This document shows, in pieces, positions 1 through 57,721 of a stretch of 64,000 nucleotides of DNA (its first letter is position 1; the number at the start of each line of letters is the position of its first letter). The stretch is from Fimbriosthenelais zetlandica (taxonomy: Eukaryota), in NCBI GenBank assembly GCA_977030845.1, contig OZ365115.1:10478001-10542000 (forward strand), given 5' to 3'. A model generated the notes under the pieces. The model searched no databases and was not told where the DNA came from. It saw only the letters and a program-made list of their open reading frames with translations. Made by a program: the position numbers and the translations under genes.

Positions 1-378
1 ACGACATACTAACATGTTTGCGTGATAGGGCCAGGTCAGGGATTGTACATTGGGCAATGATTGTAGGTCAATAGTTGCTGATGCAGCACGTAAGTCCTTA
101 GAACCTCCCATAGCTGTTCAGAACATAAACTTCATACGTGTGTGTATACATGCTTCTACTTCATAGCTACAAATATACACATACCTTTAATGCTAATTCA
201 TTCGTCAAAAATATATTCTATGCGACTGATCTCAGTTTGTGTACACTAATCTTTCAAGATCTTTCAATGTGAGCAAGTCCAGTGTCGTATTTATTCCATT
301 CATTTGGTCATCAGCCAACATTCAACTGGAATTCTCCCGTACAGAGTATTACTTGATTTGTTCTTACACTTCTGAAAC

Positions 379-818
379 TTAATTCTGTCCTTGGTGTGGC
401 TGTTCCTGCCGCTGTTCTCCATTTGGCTGTTCCTGTTGGATGTTTAAATTATTGTTTTTAGAGTCCTGATCTACTTGTTGAGGTACATGTACCTGTTCAA
501 CTACTTGCTGTGGTACTTCCGGATGTTGTGGTACTTCCGGATGTTGTGGTACTTCTTGTTGTTGCTCCACAGGTTGTTGTGCATTCTCCACAATTTGGTG
601 AACATTTTTCACAAGTTGTTGTACATTCTCCACATGACTGGGAACTGGTTCACGTGCTGGTGGTTGCACCTCTTGTTGCTGTTGTTGTTGATCTTGTTGC
701 TGTTGGGGAATATCTACTTGTTGTTGGTTCATTTGGACAACTTGCTCTTGTTGGTGGTCCGCCGCTACTGGCACTGGTTGTTCTACTTGCTCTTGTTGAT
801 ACTGTTGTTGTTGCTCCC
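379..818 (-). CDS. NUCB2: Nucleobindin terminal exon B, Q/E/V/P-rich tail (146 codons including stop)
   Basis: Acceptor ttttaattctaaatAG at 820-819. Phase 1 start (GG GAG CAA), in frame with ORF 379..774, TAA at 381-379. AATAAA lies at 295-290 on the minus strand. Confidence 0.75.
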
Positions 819-3800
819 CTATTTAGAATTAAAAAAGCCATACTTGAGTACCATCCAAAACATCAATTTCGACATCAAAACTATGTGAGTGGCTATGAAA
901 GCGTTTGTTTTCAAGATGCTATGCAATTGTGATTTCTCAAGCGCGAATTTATGATTACAGAATTAATTTGCCTATATACATGCTAGTACTATTGGTTATT
1001 TTGTGTTGTCATCTGTAAGATAAACTTAAATACCTAGTGTAAGGTGCATGACAGTGGTGGACCCTTAGAACTTATTTCAATAAAACAAAGGATCTAGAAA
1101 CTTAAAATCTACAAAATAAAGTATACAGACAATCATTTTGCAAATCAAATACTCTTTATATAATTTGCAAATGAATGCTAACCCCTGGAAATGAATTCAG
1201 AGAGATATATGAAAAGGACAAATATAACTGGAAAATATAACTGGAAAATAATGTGCATCCAAGTTCCTAGTGTAACGTTAATGAAACACGTGTCCCTGAA
1301 ACCGAGTCTTGGGCATGTTTTTCAAAACTCTTCCTTTCCAATGCTTACAGGTAAATTATAGATTAATCGTCTATAAAATTTAGTTAAATGTACTCAACAA
1401 TTTTGTTAGAGGATGGGAACTGAAACACTTACAAAAAGTATGAACCAAATTAGTCTTCAGGGAAACTTTGCAATTTGAACAATTTGAGAAGGTGTAAATT
1501 CCTAACCTGAATACACACAACAATTATTATTTTAATTCAAATATTTTGTAGAAATTAGAACAATAGCCTAAACGTGTCCATATGATACCTCAAATACTTC
1601 TTATTCAGTAATTGAAACACCATGCAAATTTACCAAATCATTTCTTCTTTTCTTGTCTTCTGTCTTAAGCATGGTGGCCTTGGTTTCCAGTGGCGGGTGA
1701 ATCAGGATGGGCAGCTTTATTAGGGGACTGAGTGCCACCCGTACCAACAGCCACAGGTGCCTGAGGTTGTGCCTGTTGTTGCATCTGTTGCTGTTCCCCA
1801 ACAGAGTTTGTCTGGACTTGTTGTGGCTGTTGTTGTTTAATGTCATTAACATTTGGCTTATTCATAACTGGATCCACATTAGGTTGATTCTGCCCTGTGT
1901 GCACTTGGCCATGCATCTGTTGTTGCTGGGCATGTGGCACTGGCTGTTGCTGTTGTTGCACCTGCTGTTGCATCTGCTGTACCTGTCCTTGGTCCTGACG
2001 TTGTTGCCTCATTCCAGCATGGGGGTGTACGAAGCCAGGACCACCTGCTTGCTGTTGTTGCTGAGGCACTTGGTATACAGGCTGCTGTTGGTACTGTAGG
2101 TTCTGATTAGGCTGTTGGAACTGTGGCTGTTGGTGTTGGTATGGTGGTTGTTGAGGGTGCTGTTGATATTGGGGCTGCTGGAACTGTGGCTGTGGTGGTT
2201 GCTGTTGGTAGGGTGGTTGACCCTGGTATTGCTTGGGTCTATGCATCATGGCTGGATGGACTCCTCCTATATAGTTGGTATATATTACATCGTATAAAAC
2301 CAACATAGGTACCAGCGTGTATCAATATTTATACTGTGATAATAGTGCTGACAAGGAACTACATATTTCTGTCAACATCTGCAAATGGTGTAACATTCTG
2401 AGGTAAATTCTCACAAGGTCGAAATATATCTTGTCCTAGGAGAACAAAATAGTTCAAACAGTTGATTCCAGTAATTAATGATTAATAATTCCAGTAAAAT
2501 TATCTGATCTGAGTTAGAGATATGCCCATTTGCAAATGTTTAAAGATGGACACAGAAAGGATGCATGCGGTTATTTGGGCATGCAGGTCTATCTATAAAT
2601 GTGGAATCTATAGGAGAGGTGGAACAAAATGTTAAAATGTTATCAAATATACGCAGCATAAATTCAGTATTGACATTTGACTTAAAGCCTTTCGGACTGG
2701 ACACACACTAGATACATTTTGGACAGCAATTAACATTTATTGACAATTCATTGGATTAGTATCTTAGACTAGAAGCGAAACAATCAAACAGTCAACCCAT
2801 TATTGGGGTTTATGCCTTGGTCAATGCAATCGTCCCTGGTTCATTGCGTCTTATCGCGAAAATATTATAAAATGCCCAATAACAGAATCAATACGTAGCT
2901 GCTAAACATATTATGTCAAACACAAAATTGTAATCAGCCTTTCTGTTTTGAAACAATAAACACTTTGGCCCAATGTAAATGCATAGAAAACAATTGAATG
3001 GATGTCAGTCTTGTAAAGAAATGAGTAATGTGTAAACTAAAAGAAAGTGTCTTTCAATCCGAAAATGAACGATAACCCAAAATGTGAGGTAAAAAAGTTA
3101 TACAAGCGGGATAAAATGCACCAACCACCACTACTACTAGGTAAATATGGGTAGGAAAACAATAATAAACAATTGGGCACCATCGATAATAACACAAAAA
3201 TCGTTAACTATAGCATGACTATTACCTATATCATCAAGTTATATTACTTCCAAAAGTACATACATGTACTGATAAAATTTTTATTGAAACGTGCATACCA
3301 ATTAGAAATAGTTATACTTCTGTAGGTTGGTAAGTGACTTTACTGTTCAACAATTCGAAAACATGATTAGAAACTTAACCAATTGTTAGCTCCACTTACC
3401 TTGAGCCTAGTTAAAAAAGACAGAAAGATTGAACAGTTTAGAAATGTTATTCCTGCAAGGAATACATGCACTAAATCATGCATGGCAACACCAGAAATGA
3501 ACAAAGATGAAAAGAAATAGTTTAAACTCTTGCTTAATCATCAAGCTCTCATGTGAAACATTATTATTGAGTGTGAGCATAGAATTATCGCTTGTTGAGA
3601 GGCATAAATAAGGTGATTAACATTACGAAATACATTATCTATAAAATATTCACGCAGCAATTATTTCTGATTAGAATTTCATGAAGAGAACAAAGGAAAC
3701 TCAGTTGCAAAAATTTGAAGTACAATTAAAGCAAAAAAAGTAAGATATTCGGATAGGTACAAGACATTCAAGAAATAACATTCAGTTCTACACTACAATA

Positions 3801-6800
3801 TATAGCAAAAGAATCTAATACTGAAGCATAGAAGGTTAAGTTTGTGTAAGCTGTGATAGGTCCATATGTACATACTGCCCAGGCTGGTTGAGATATAAAG
3901 GATATGGTAATATATACCTGAATAGGTTGTGGTACGTTTGGAGGTTGGTTACCACCATCCACGGGCGGGATATAAGAGGGTTGGGGCACCTGGTGGCATG
4001 CAGAAAATTTACAATTTAACCTTCCGTGCAACTAGTTACAACAGATTTCTGCTGGAAAGAATAGCTCGATTAAATAATATTTTTCAGAAAACAATGAGGG
4101 TGGGTAGGCTGAATTCTGAGTCAAACGTGGATGAAAACGGATCATCTCAAAAATCCAAAAGGCATTCCTTCAACGTCTGGTTTTGGGTTATTTTTTGAAT
4201 GCTTACTTTAGGCTTTCCATTTTTTTTCTTGTGAATTCTCCCCCTTTTCTTGAACCTTTTCTTCATGCCCTGCATCCCATTTTTGAGAAAAAGATACATC
4301 ATATTTCCGCTACATTGGACGTAACAATCTACTAAGCACAGACAACATAATAGACTTTCTGGCAAGAACTACAGCCAACATAATAGCCAATTGGCAAATA
4401 GAATTAACACGTACTGCGTTACAATATTTAACGGGTTATATTAATATTTGAAAATCTTTCCTTCTCATTGAAAAGAAATATTCTTTTGAGTTAAGAAAGG
4501 CAGAGCTTTATACGTTGTGCGGGATTCTACATGACAAAGCGAGTCAAGACAACTTTTCCCCGACACCCGATCTTTACGTACCCATGCACTAGTTGGGTGG
4601 GAATCAGTCGATCAGGAGTTTAGAGTAAAATGAAGAGTACTCACGTTTATTTCTCCAGGCTGAGCGTGTTCATATTCATAATTCTGTCGCCTCCTCTCTT
4701 CATAATCCCTCTCAAATTGTGCTAACTCCTCGTCTGTGAATAACTCCTGTTCATCCAAGCCCTGAGGACAAAAGTTTTAAAGATATTTTAAATATTTCTT
4801 GACAAAATATCTTAGTGTGAAGGGCCGCAGAATTTCATAAAACTTGGAATCAAAGTGTGTCATTTTCAGAATTCTCCAAAATCTAGATTGTGGTATAGTT
4901 TTGATGGGTTGAGGAATAACACAAACACGTACCTTCCAGCCTTCGTCCTTCTCAAATTCATCACTCTTGGTGCTATCCATGAACTCCTGGAGGGAGATGT
5001 ATGAATCACCATTCTTGTCCACCTCCTTCATCACATGCTCCCTCATACGGTTCATCTCCTCATACCTCTCCATCATATCGTCCTCAGGTGCATTAGGGTC
5101 ATATACTTTATCCAGCTAAAACAAGCCAAATGAACTTTGTTTAAATGTCCAATAATAGTAATGACCATAACTTGGCCATATATATTAACAAACTCGGTTG
5201 GGTATTCACAGCCAGCTATCTCATTAACCGCTGAAATATCTTCTATACAAATACATTTAAATAAAATTAAAACAGATTAACAATCACCCAGGGACAGACA
5301 TACCTCTTTTTGGAATAACGCTTCTACTTCTACGGGGTCCAATACGCCATCTCCATTGGTATCTAAACGAGAGGGAATAAAATTATCTTCATGAGTAAAG
5401 CTATTGCAAATCAGGAGAACAAGTCGAACAGAAGGGTACAATTCATTTACCATGAAGACTGAAGAAAGTCTTGGGATCAAAATCATCCTTGTCAAGGCCG
5501 TCAGTTTCTTCCCACACTTCTTCCAGTTGGTCCTTGCTACCCTGAAAACATGAAAATGCCAGATGTAGAATACATTAAAAAAAATAGAAAGTTAAAGGTA
5601 GATTTGACAGAATATAGAATTATTTGATTAAGCTAATTGGTGGGGGCGGGATGTGAAATGGTTACTAACAGGGTGGTGCAGTTTTGGGTGGTCCTTGTGT
5701 TTTTGTTTTTCTTCCTCCCACTTGTGCTCTGCTTCCTTCCTGTGGGGCTCGTCCATTCCTGCCATTTGTTGCTTGTGTAGAACCTCCTTCTCCAACTCAT
5801 AGCGCTTAAACTCCTGCTTCCTCTGTACATCTATCTTCTCCAGGTCATCTGACGCCTGTGGGATATCATAGAAAGATTGCAACATTCATGTACAGAAATG
5901 GAAGTAAGATCTTTCTTTGAGGAAATAATCATTAATCCACAAACAGGAATGAGTAGATAGTCATGGAAGAGTTACCTGTTTTAAAAGTTTTGATAAATCA
6001 TCTACTTCGAAAGTATGAGGGTTGGAATGATCGAGATGCGCCACGAGACGATTGGCATCAGGGATATCTTTTAAAGGAATTCCTGTAAAGAAAGGATAAA
6101 AAAAATCTAACAAACTGTTGCTATAATTAATTGCATAACATTTTTTGGCGAGAAAATCGTCAAAATGAACAACAAAAACTTATGTTTCAAATACAATAGC
6201 TTAAATGGAAATAGTAATTTTCTATTAAGATACAGGAAACATAATTGTATAATGTGCACAATAGGCAGCATTAAAGTGCTATGATCTTACTGTGGTAGAG
6301 CAACAACATGCCAAAAATCTTCTTTGGCAAAAGCAAGCACATGGAATTCTTCAAACAGGATTAAGACAGTAAATTCACACCATAGTGAGGAAATGTGATC
6401 AAAATATGAATACATGGGGAGTAGACGGATTCTAATTTTAAGGTTATGCAATTGCTGAATGTTATATCTAGATGCAAAATTTCTATAAGTGATTAAGTGC
6501 AATGGGTATACTTTAGTCATTGTTTTTGGCAGTCTGGTTTTACTTAGATATCACAATTGTAGTGAGATCTATTAACTCAAGTGAACATGCAGAAATGTTC
6601 TAAATTTTAAGCGAAGTACTTGTCACACGAACTCAGATTATAAAGGCAGTAATCATCTTAAATTTTAAATACTCTATCACCTCAGGAATCAAAAATACAA
6701 ACGCAAACAAAGACAAAGAAAATAGACAGAGGAGATAACACCGTCCAATTACTGAAGCAGAATTATTAACGAAAAAAGATCCCACTTCGATGCCTTAGTA

Positions 6801-9800
6801 ACAAAGGGTAAATTATAATATTTACAATATTCATTCATCCAAATAGTCACCCATCTATGCTGGCATGTATTAATATACCTCATCCCAATATATATCTCAT
6901 TTATAAGATGCTCACGTATAATAGTGCTCATTTTTGCATCTCAGTCAACAGCTTGCAGTATTGAATGCATTCTTACACGTAATTATAGTATTCACTATGA
7001 AAGCATATCAGACATCACTAACACAATAGTGGTAAATCCCAACCTTTTCTCCATGCCTTTTTTGAGGGATCCTTCACGGCTGCCATGGAAAATGAAAACA
7101 ATTCAAATGGAACATGCCGATATACAAAAGTATTACAGGTCACCCAACTCCATTTACAATATCACGTATAATTGGAGATCACTTTCATTATAAAATGACC
7201 TGACAACTGATTTTGCTAACAAAATATGGCAAACTCAGATATGTTTTTGTGTTAAGTGATAGGTTCCAGTCTGTAAATGGGTCAGATTTGCTGGGGGTGG
7301 GGAAACAATGGGTTTCGTCACTGTAATCTGATTAGAGATGATAAGAGATCTCAGCTTCTCAGATTCCTCTGTACCCATGGGGCGTTAAAAGTCTGATCTA
7401 GTGAGAGGTTCCCCTGGTTTTAACTTGCAGTTCAAAAAGGCCTAAAACCAAGGGATAAATGTGTTAAGTATATCAATAATGGAGACACACTCACTCCAAT
7501 AAAATTATAAACTCGAAACATGCTATTAGTAATATTCAGACATATTTCAGTCTCTTTTGAGTCATGTAACACAAAAACGAAAGAGAAATATATTTTGAAA
7601 ATACAATTTGTTACAGTCCATTACGCAGATGGCTTCAGTAGATAGAAAAGTGAAAAAAAATCAGGAGGAGGAACAAAATTCCTGTAGGAAATATCAAAGC
7701 CAAAAATTTATCTGGATTCACGATGCTTAAACTTGGAAAACAATATTACTCCGTACCAAGATTGGATCCAGAATTCCAAACAGATTCAGTATGGAAATTA
7801 ATATTTAGTGAATTAGGTGCTTATATACAAAATTAAGCACCCTTTCATCCTAAAACGCCGAGCAGAAATCTACAGGAGCAACGTGGTTAAAGCTAAATGG
7901 GTGGGGGATATTACTACCTTCATTATGCGACCCATCTGCGTCTGAGAAAATAAATCATGGAAGGAAATGAAAATAATCTACGTAAAAAATATCTAACTGA
8001 AAATGAAGTTCAGGAAAATTTGAAAAGATTTCATTTTCATATTTGGGTTTTCCTGTTGACTGAAGATTGAAGGGGAGAGGGAAACCAACCTTTAAATTCC
8101 TGTATAATTTCTTCTAAATGATGCCCCATTTATCAATGAAAGTGGTGATTTATATTATGATAGAATCTTATTGTTCTCTGTTTTTTACTGTTACAAGATG
8201 TTGGGCTAAATTGCTATAAGTTGGAAAATTGTGTGTATGTTTTATTTAAAAGCCTAATGGTTTTTATAATCACCTTGTTGTCTCTTCATATTGATCCGCT
8301 GGATCTGACGGAGACGATCCAGTTCCTGCCTCTTTAACTCATCCAGTTTGGTTCGAATATTATGCGAGACTAGCTCTAGATGACGAGCAATATCACCACT
8401 CTGAAAACAAAATACACTCCTATTATTTTCTCGGCAGACATTAATTCCATTGGCAGAGATTAGAGGGCAGGGTTTCAATGAATTAATTTCCATGGAGTAC
8501 CAAACGAGAAATTGGAAAGCGAAGATTGATTTCATGCAAGTATTTTGGATCATATGGAAGGGAGAACACTAACCTAAACTCAAAACACAATAGGATTCAT
8601 ACATGAGATGATATATTTTCAGAGCAACGCATGTATATATTTCTCATGAGAACTTTCATTGAATTAAACCTTGAATTAAAATGGATCTTGCATCGCATCG
8701 CTCGGAATGAAAATACATTGTAATTAACTTAAAGTTTCTGATTTTTTTTTTAGTAACCACTTTCTTTTTCTAAGAAAATCAGAGTGCACAAGTATAAATT
8801 TGTTCAAGAATGGATTCATCGTAATGCGGTGCAAATATTGTATGTGTTGCGTACCACAATGTTGCAGGAAGATTGATGCATGTGTCTATGAAAAGGATGC
8901 CAACATAGATCCTATCTCAACTCAGTTTGAGTTATTCTAGAGATTTATACCAAGAGTGTTTCTGTTCCAATATTAGTCTGTTTTCTACAAGATCTCAACG
9001 CATATAGAAAGTAATATAAGAAAGTAAGAATCATGATAGAAAGTGCAATTATTCAGTACTACAGCTTCATGCCCTATTCCCCTTATAGACAGAACATAAC
9101 TCAAACAACATGCAATGTAATAGACAGGGTAATTTGAGGTTGAAGAAAGATTTCAACATGGAACATTCATATGAATTACATACAGTGGATACAGCTTTTA
9201 TTTCACGAAGTCATAAGTGCTCATTCATTACCAGATCAATTCATTTTTAGCTCATTTATATTTTGCTACGTATTGAATTAGACCAAACTTTCTATCTATG
9301 CCGAAATCTTATGATGAAACAAAACGGGTCTTAAGTAAAGGGCCTGAAAAACCAATCAATTAATCAATAACAAATATTTGAACCGATTTAAACTAAAATA
9401 TGTAATACTTTTCCATATGAGGCTAAAGCCTAAAACATATAACTCCAAACATAATAAAATAGAAATGAAAGGTCAAGCTTTCTTCGGGAGCTTCTAAATT
9501 TACCAACATCTTCATCTATGTACTCTTTCATCTATTGGCGATGAAAAGAATGCACACCATTTCCGAGTACCAGTACTTACTTTTTCCTGTAAAGTCTGAA
9601 GACACGAACATTCCATTAAAACTTAGCTTCACAGTAAGAAATACAGATATCAATCAACTTCACAGGGATTATTGATGGAGAGAAAAGATAAAATAAACAC
9701 AATTTAATGTCTAAATCACATAGGGATTCCAATATGGAGGTAGAGACTAACATACTTGGTTATAGACATACAAAGTTGCAGGCAAAGGACAATAGGAAAC

Positions 9801-10758
9801 CTAACAATCAGGATATGGGATACCGAGAAGCTACCAATAATAAATTGTATATTACATAGACCAGTTTCAATGTCAGACACATAAGAGACAATGAAGAGGA
9901 AGGAACACAAGATGAATACAAGATGAAATGTGATGTAACGGTCTCTATAACAAAGACACGTCATTCTTAACTGGCTAAACTCTAGAACATAATGAAATTA
10001 AGGGGGAAATCCCAAAAGAGCAAAATAAATTGAATGAGATCACTAGCTGGGAATGTATTCCAACAAAATTTCCTTCCCGAAGAGAAATTACTTGAGAAAA
10101 CATCCTTCGCTTCCTGTTATTATTATTATTTAAAATAAACTTCATAATGCTTAGCATTCGTAATATCGTATATCAAAGTAGGATGTTTTTCTAGATATGA
10201 AATTCTAATAAGACTATATATGTGATATTTCTGAAATAGGACACCTGGGTATAAATCTTGACTAAATAAAACATTCAATCCTCGTCACTGATAGTGTCCA
10301 CCAATCCACAAAATAAATATTGAAAACAAACAGTGTCTGGAGTGAGTCAAATCCTCAGTTACTATGGCAACCAGTAATCCCACCTCCAAGTAAGTAATAT
10401 CCAGTCGAGACTTACCTTTATATCTGTGATATTTGACTCTTCAAGTTTTTTCTTAAATTCCTCATCTGTCTCAAGGATGGTCACTACTTCTTTGAGATAC
10501 CGCTCATATTCCAGACCAAAATTCTGTCAAAAAGTAGAATTATTATATAATTACAAAGTGTATAATAGGGGTTCAATATTTTTTAGGAAAATCTGAGAAA
10601 AAATATCAAAAGCTAAAATGACTGAGAAGACTTACTATATCTTCAGAGGCTTCCACTTGAGGATCATCTTTCTTTTCTTCTTTTTTCACCTTTACTGGGG
10701 GACAGACAATACTGCTAATGACGACCGCCAATACGGCCATTAACAAAACCCACTTCAT
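379..10758 (-). CDS. NUCB2: Nucleobindin (NUCB1/NUCB2 family, Golgi/secreted EF-hand Ca2+-binding protein), spliced; 593 aa with terminal exon A or 539 aa with terminal exon B
   Basis: Exons, all GT-AG with matching phases: 10758-10636 ([19 protein letters not shown] signal peptide), 10523-10416 ([27 protein letters not shown]), 8400-8274 ([16 protein letters not shown]), 6082-5976 ([15 protein letters not shown]), 5855-5670, 5541-5451 ([27 protein letters not shown]), 5362-5304 (EF-hand [12 protein letters not shown]), 5115-4933 (EF-hand [12 protein letters not shown]), 4761-4645, 3989-3918, 3406-3400, then 2266-1665 or 818-379. The motifs match nucleobindin as I know the family. Invertebrates usually have one NUCB1/2 co-orthologue, so the symbol is approximate. 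Confidence 0.95.
509..555. repeat. 18-bp coding tandem repeat, ~2.6 copies (PQHPEV)
   Basis: TGTGGTACTTCCGGATGT at 509-526 and 527-544, partial copy at 545-555. Confidence 0.9.
1665..2266 (-). CDS. NUCB2: Nucleobindin terminal exon A, Q/P/H/Y/G-rich low-complexity tail (~200 aa, 70 Gln counted)
   Basis: Acceptor aactatatAG at 2268-2267 (a NAGNAG alternative lies 3 nt further). Phase 1, open to TAA at 1667-1665. ATTAAA variant at 1536-1531. Confidence 0.8.
3400..3406 (-). CDS. NUCB2: 7-nt microexon GCTCAAG (A-Q-G), phase 0 to phase 1
   Basis: Minus strand reads tctttctgtcttttttaacTAG|GCTCAAG|GTAAGT: strong pyrimidine tract and perfect donor. It supplies exactly the phase change needed between the upstream phase-0 exons and both Q-rich exons. 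Confidence 0.8.
3918..3989 (-). CDS. NUCB2: 72-nt symmetric (0/0) exon [24 protein letters not shown]
   Basis: ttttctgcatgccacCAG| acceptor and CAG|GTATAT donor; open frame with Pro/Gln composition like the tail. Confidence 0.7.
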
Positions 10759-11209
10759 GATGAAATCTGCAAAAGAAATAATTAACGTTACATAATCATG
10801 CATGTCACTATAATCAAATAATGACTAAATTATAAATTTTAATAATTAGCCTAAATCTATGCCTATGGAGCTTTTGTATTGATGTCTATATTCTTTGATT
10901 AAAAAATCGTTATAATATATACCATTATATCTACTATTTATATTACATCTACTATTTATATTACAATTTAATCACTGACAGCAAGTGATGTGGCACTGCA
11001 ATGCCAATGCCATTGATGACTGAGAATGAGTGAGACTGAACACAGTCACACTCAGTAGGCCTAGTGAAAGAGGGATGGTCTGGACCATCCCATTCCCACT
11101 CTACCCGGCATCAGCTGTTTTCTACGCAGCCACTTAAAATAAAATGTTGTGGGCCTCAATATGTAATCTTTAACTACATTCGATTAATACTGCACGGAAA
11201 TTTACCTAC

Positions 11210-11627
11210 CTTATGTCCCCGATCGCTTTTATTCCAGAGAAAGCTGTCATACAAGTCTCCCTTCACGGGCACCTGCGATGGGTATACGTGTGCGTGGCCT
11301 ATTTCACTTGTGTCGCGAGCTCTGATTGGCCAAATTTCTAGCGACCAAAATATCTATTTACATTGTTATGTCATTACAGAATCTTAAATACAGATCTGGT
11401 AAGTCACAAAAATCTCATGAACTATTGGACAAAAGACAATTTTGTTATCTCCAAAGTATTTTATCCATGGAAAATGAAAATGGTTTTGTTGACGTGGTGA
11501 AATTGACCAATGCAAATGCAGGACACATCCCGCATGATAGCCCGGCCCACTTTGGGCAACAACAAACATGGCGGCGCCCTAGGTTCGCCATCGTCAAAGT
11601 TTTCGACGAGGAAATGTATTTAAAATG
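11210..11627. promoter_or_regulatory. Bidirectional promoter and divergent non-coding first exons of NUCB (-) and PIK3C2A (+)
   Basis: Minus-strand donor AAG|GTAGGT at 11210/11209 pairs with the acceptor before the NUCB ATG exon (10767). Plus-strand donor ATG|GTAAGT at 11627/11628 pairs with the acceptor at 12317. Between them: TCGCGA palindrome 11313-11318, CCAAT boxes 11324-11329 (reverse) and 11507-11511, YY1-type AAACATGGCGGC 11564-11575 and reverse CGCCAT 11586-11591. Confidence 0.7.
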
Positions 11628-12377
11628 GTAAGTTATTCAGTTTTCTACCAGGTTTTGATATCATAATTAGCCTCCCAGTGAGCTACAGGACATTTTAAAT
11701 ATTGCTTTTGTTGCTAATGGGCTTGACTAAAGGGGATAAATCAGTGATGTTGTTTGACAGCTCCAGAAACATTCGTCCTGGGAGGTGGAGTTTTTTTGTG
11801 ATGGGATGGAGATACCAAAAGGCGGCGTTTCCTGTTCAGTGTGATCAATACAGTGAGGATATTTGGGTGACCCGTTCGCAGAAGCATTAATTTCGTATAA
11901 ATTTTGCCAAATGTGTTTGGTAAAGCCGTATGTCCCAGCCCTAGGCACATGAGGTTCCTCCTCCACTGTTCAGTATTGGCACTGGCACTAGTAATATTGT
12001 CACTGTGTATTGCCTATAGTATTGGCCTCCAGGAATTTAGGTCTATTTATCTATCATTTAAGGCCTACCAGGCTTCTTTCCAGGTGATCATACCATACCT
12101 TTGACTTTGTTTAATAGTGTATCCATGATGTAGGCTTCCAAAGACAATTTGTCTGTAACCTCCCTCATACCAACACAGGTCTGTTATTGTTAAGTCCCAG
12201 ACCAGCCCTAGATATACACTGACAACTCATGACAGATGTTAGTGTAGGCATGTTTAGCCCTGAATGATCATCTTTAAGTTAACCCTGATTAAAGCTAATC
12301 TTGTTTAATATCCACAGGTCATGGAGAGTTAATCAGATTACCCAGTGATCAGTGAAGGCTCACATCAAGGATCAACC

Positions 12378-57721
<45,344 letters not shown>

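Noticed and set aside
475-2308. Plus-strand Leu/Val-rich ORFs 475..888, 510..932, 1707..2099, 2115..2297, 2123..2308
   Set aside because: They are antisense shadows of the CAA/CAG-rich nucleobindin tail exons; poly-Leu/Val is what reverse-complemented Gln codons give.
12345-12377. ORF-track start at 12345 (GTG) for PI3K
   Set aside because: Eukaryotic gene; the first in-frame ATG, with strong Kozak context, is at 12378.
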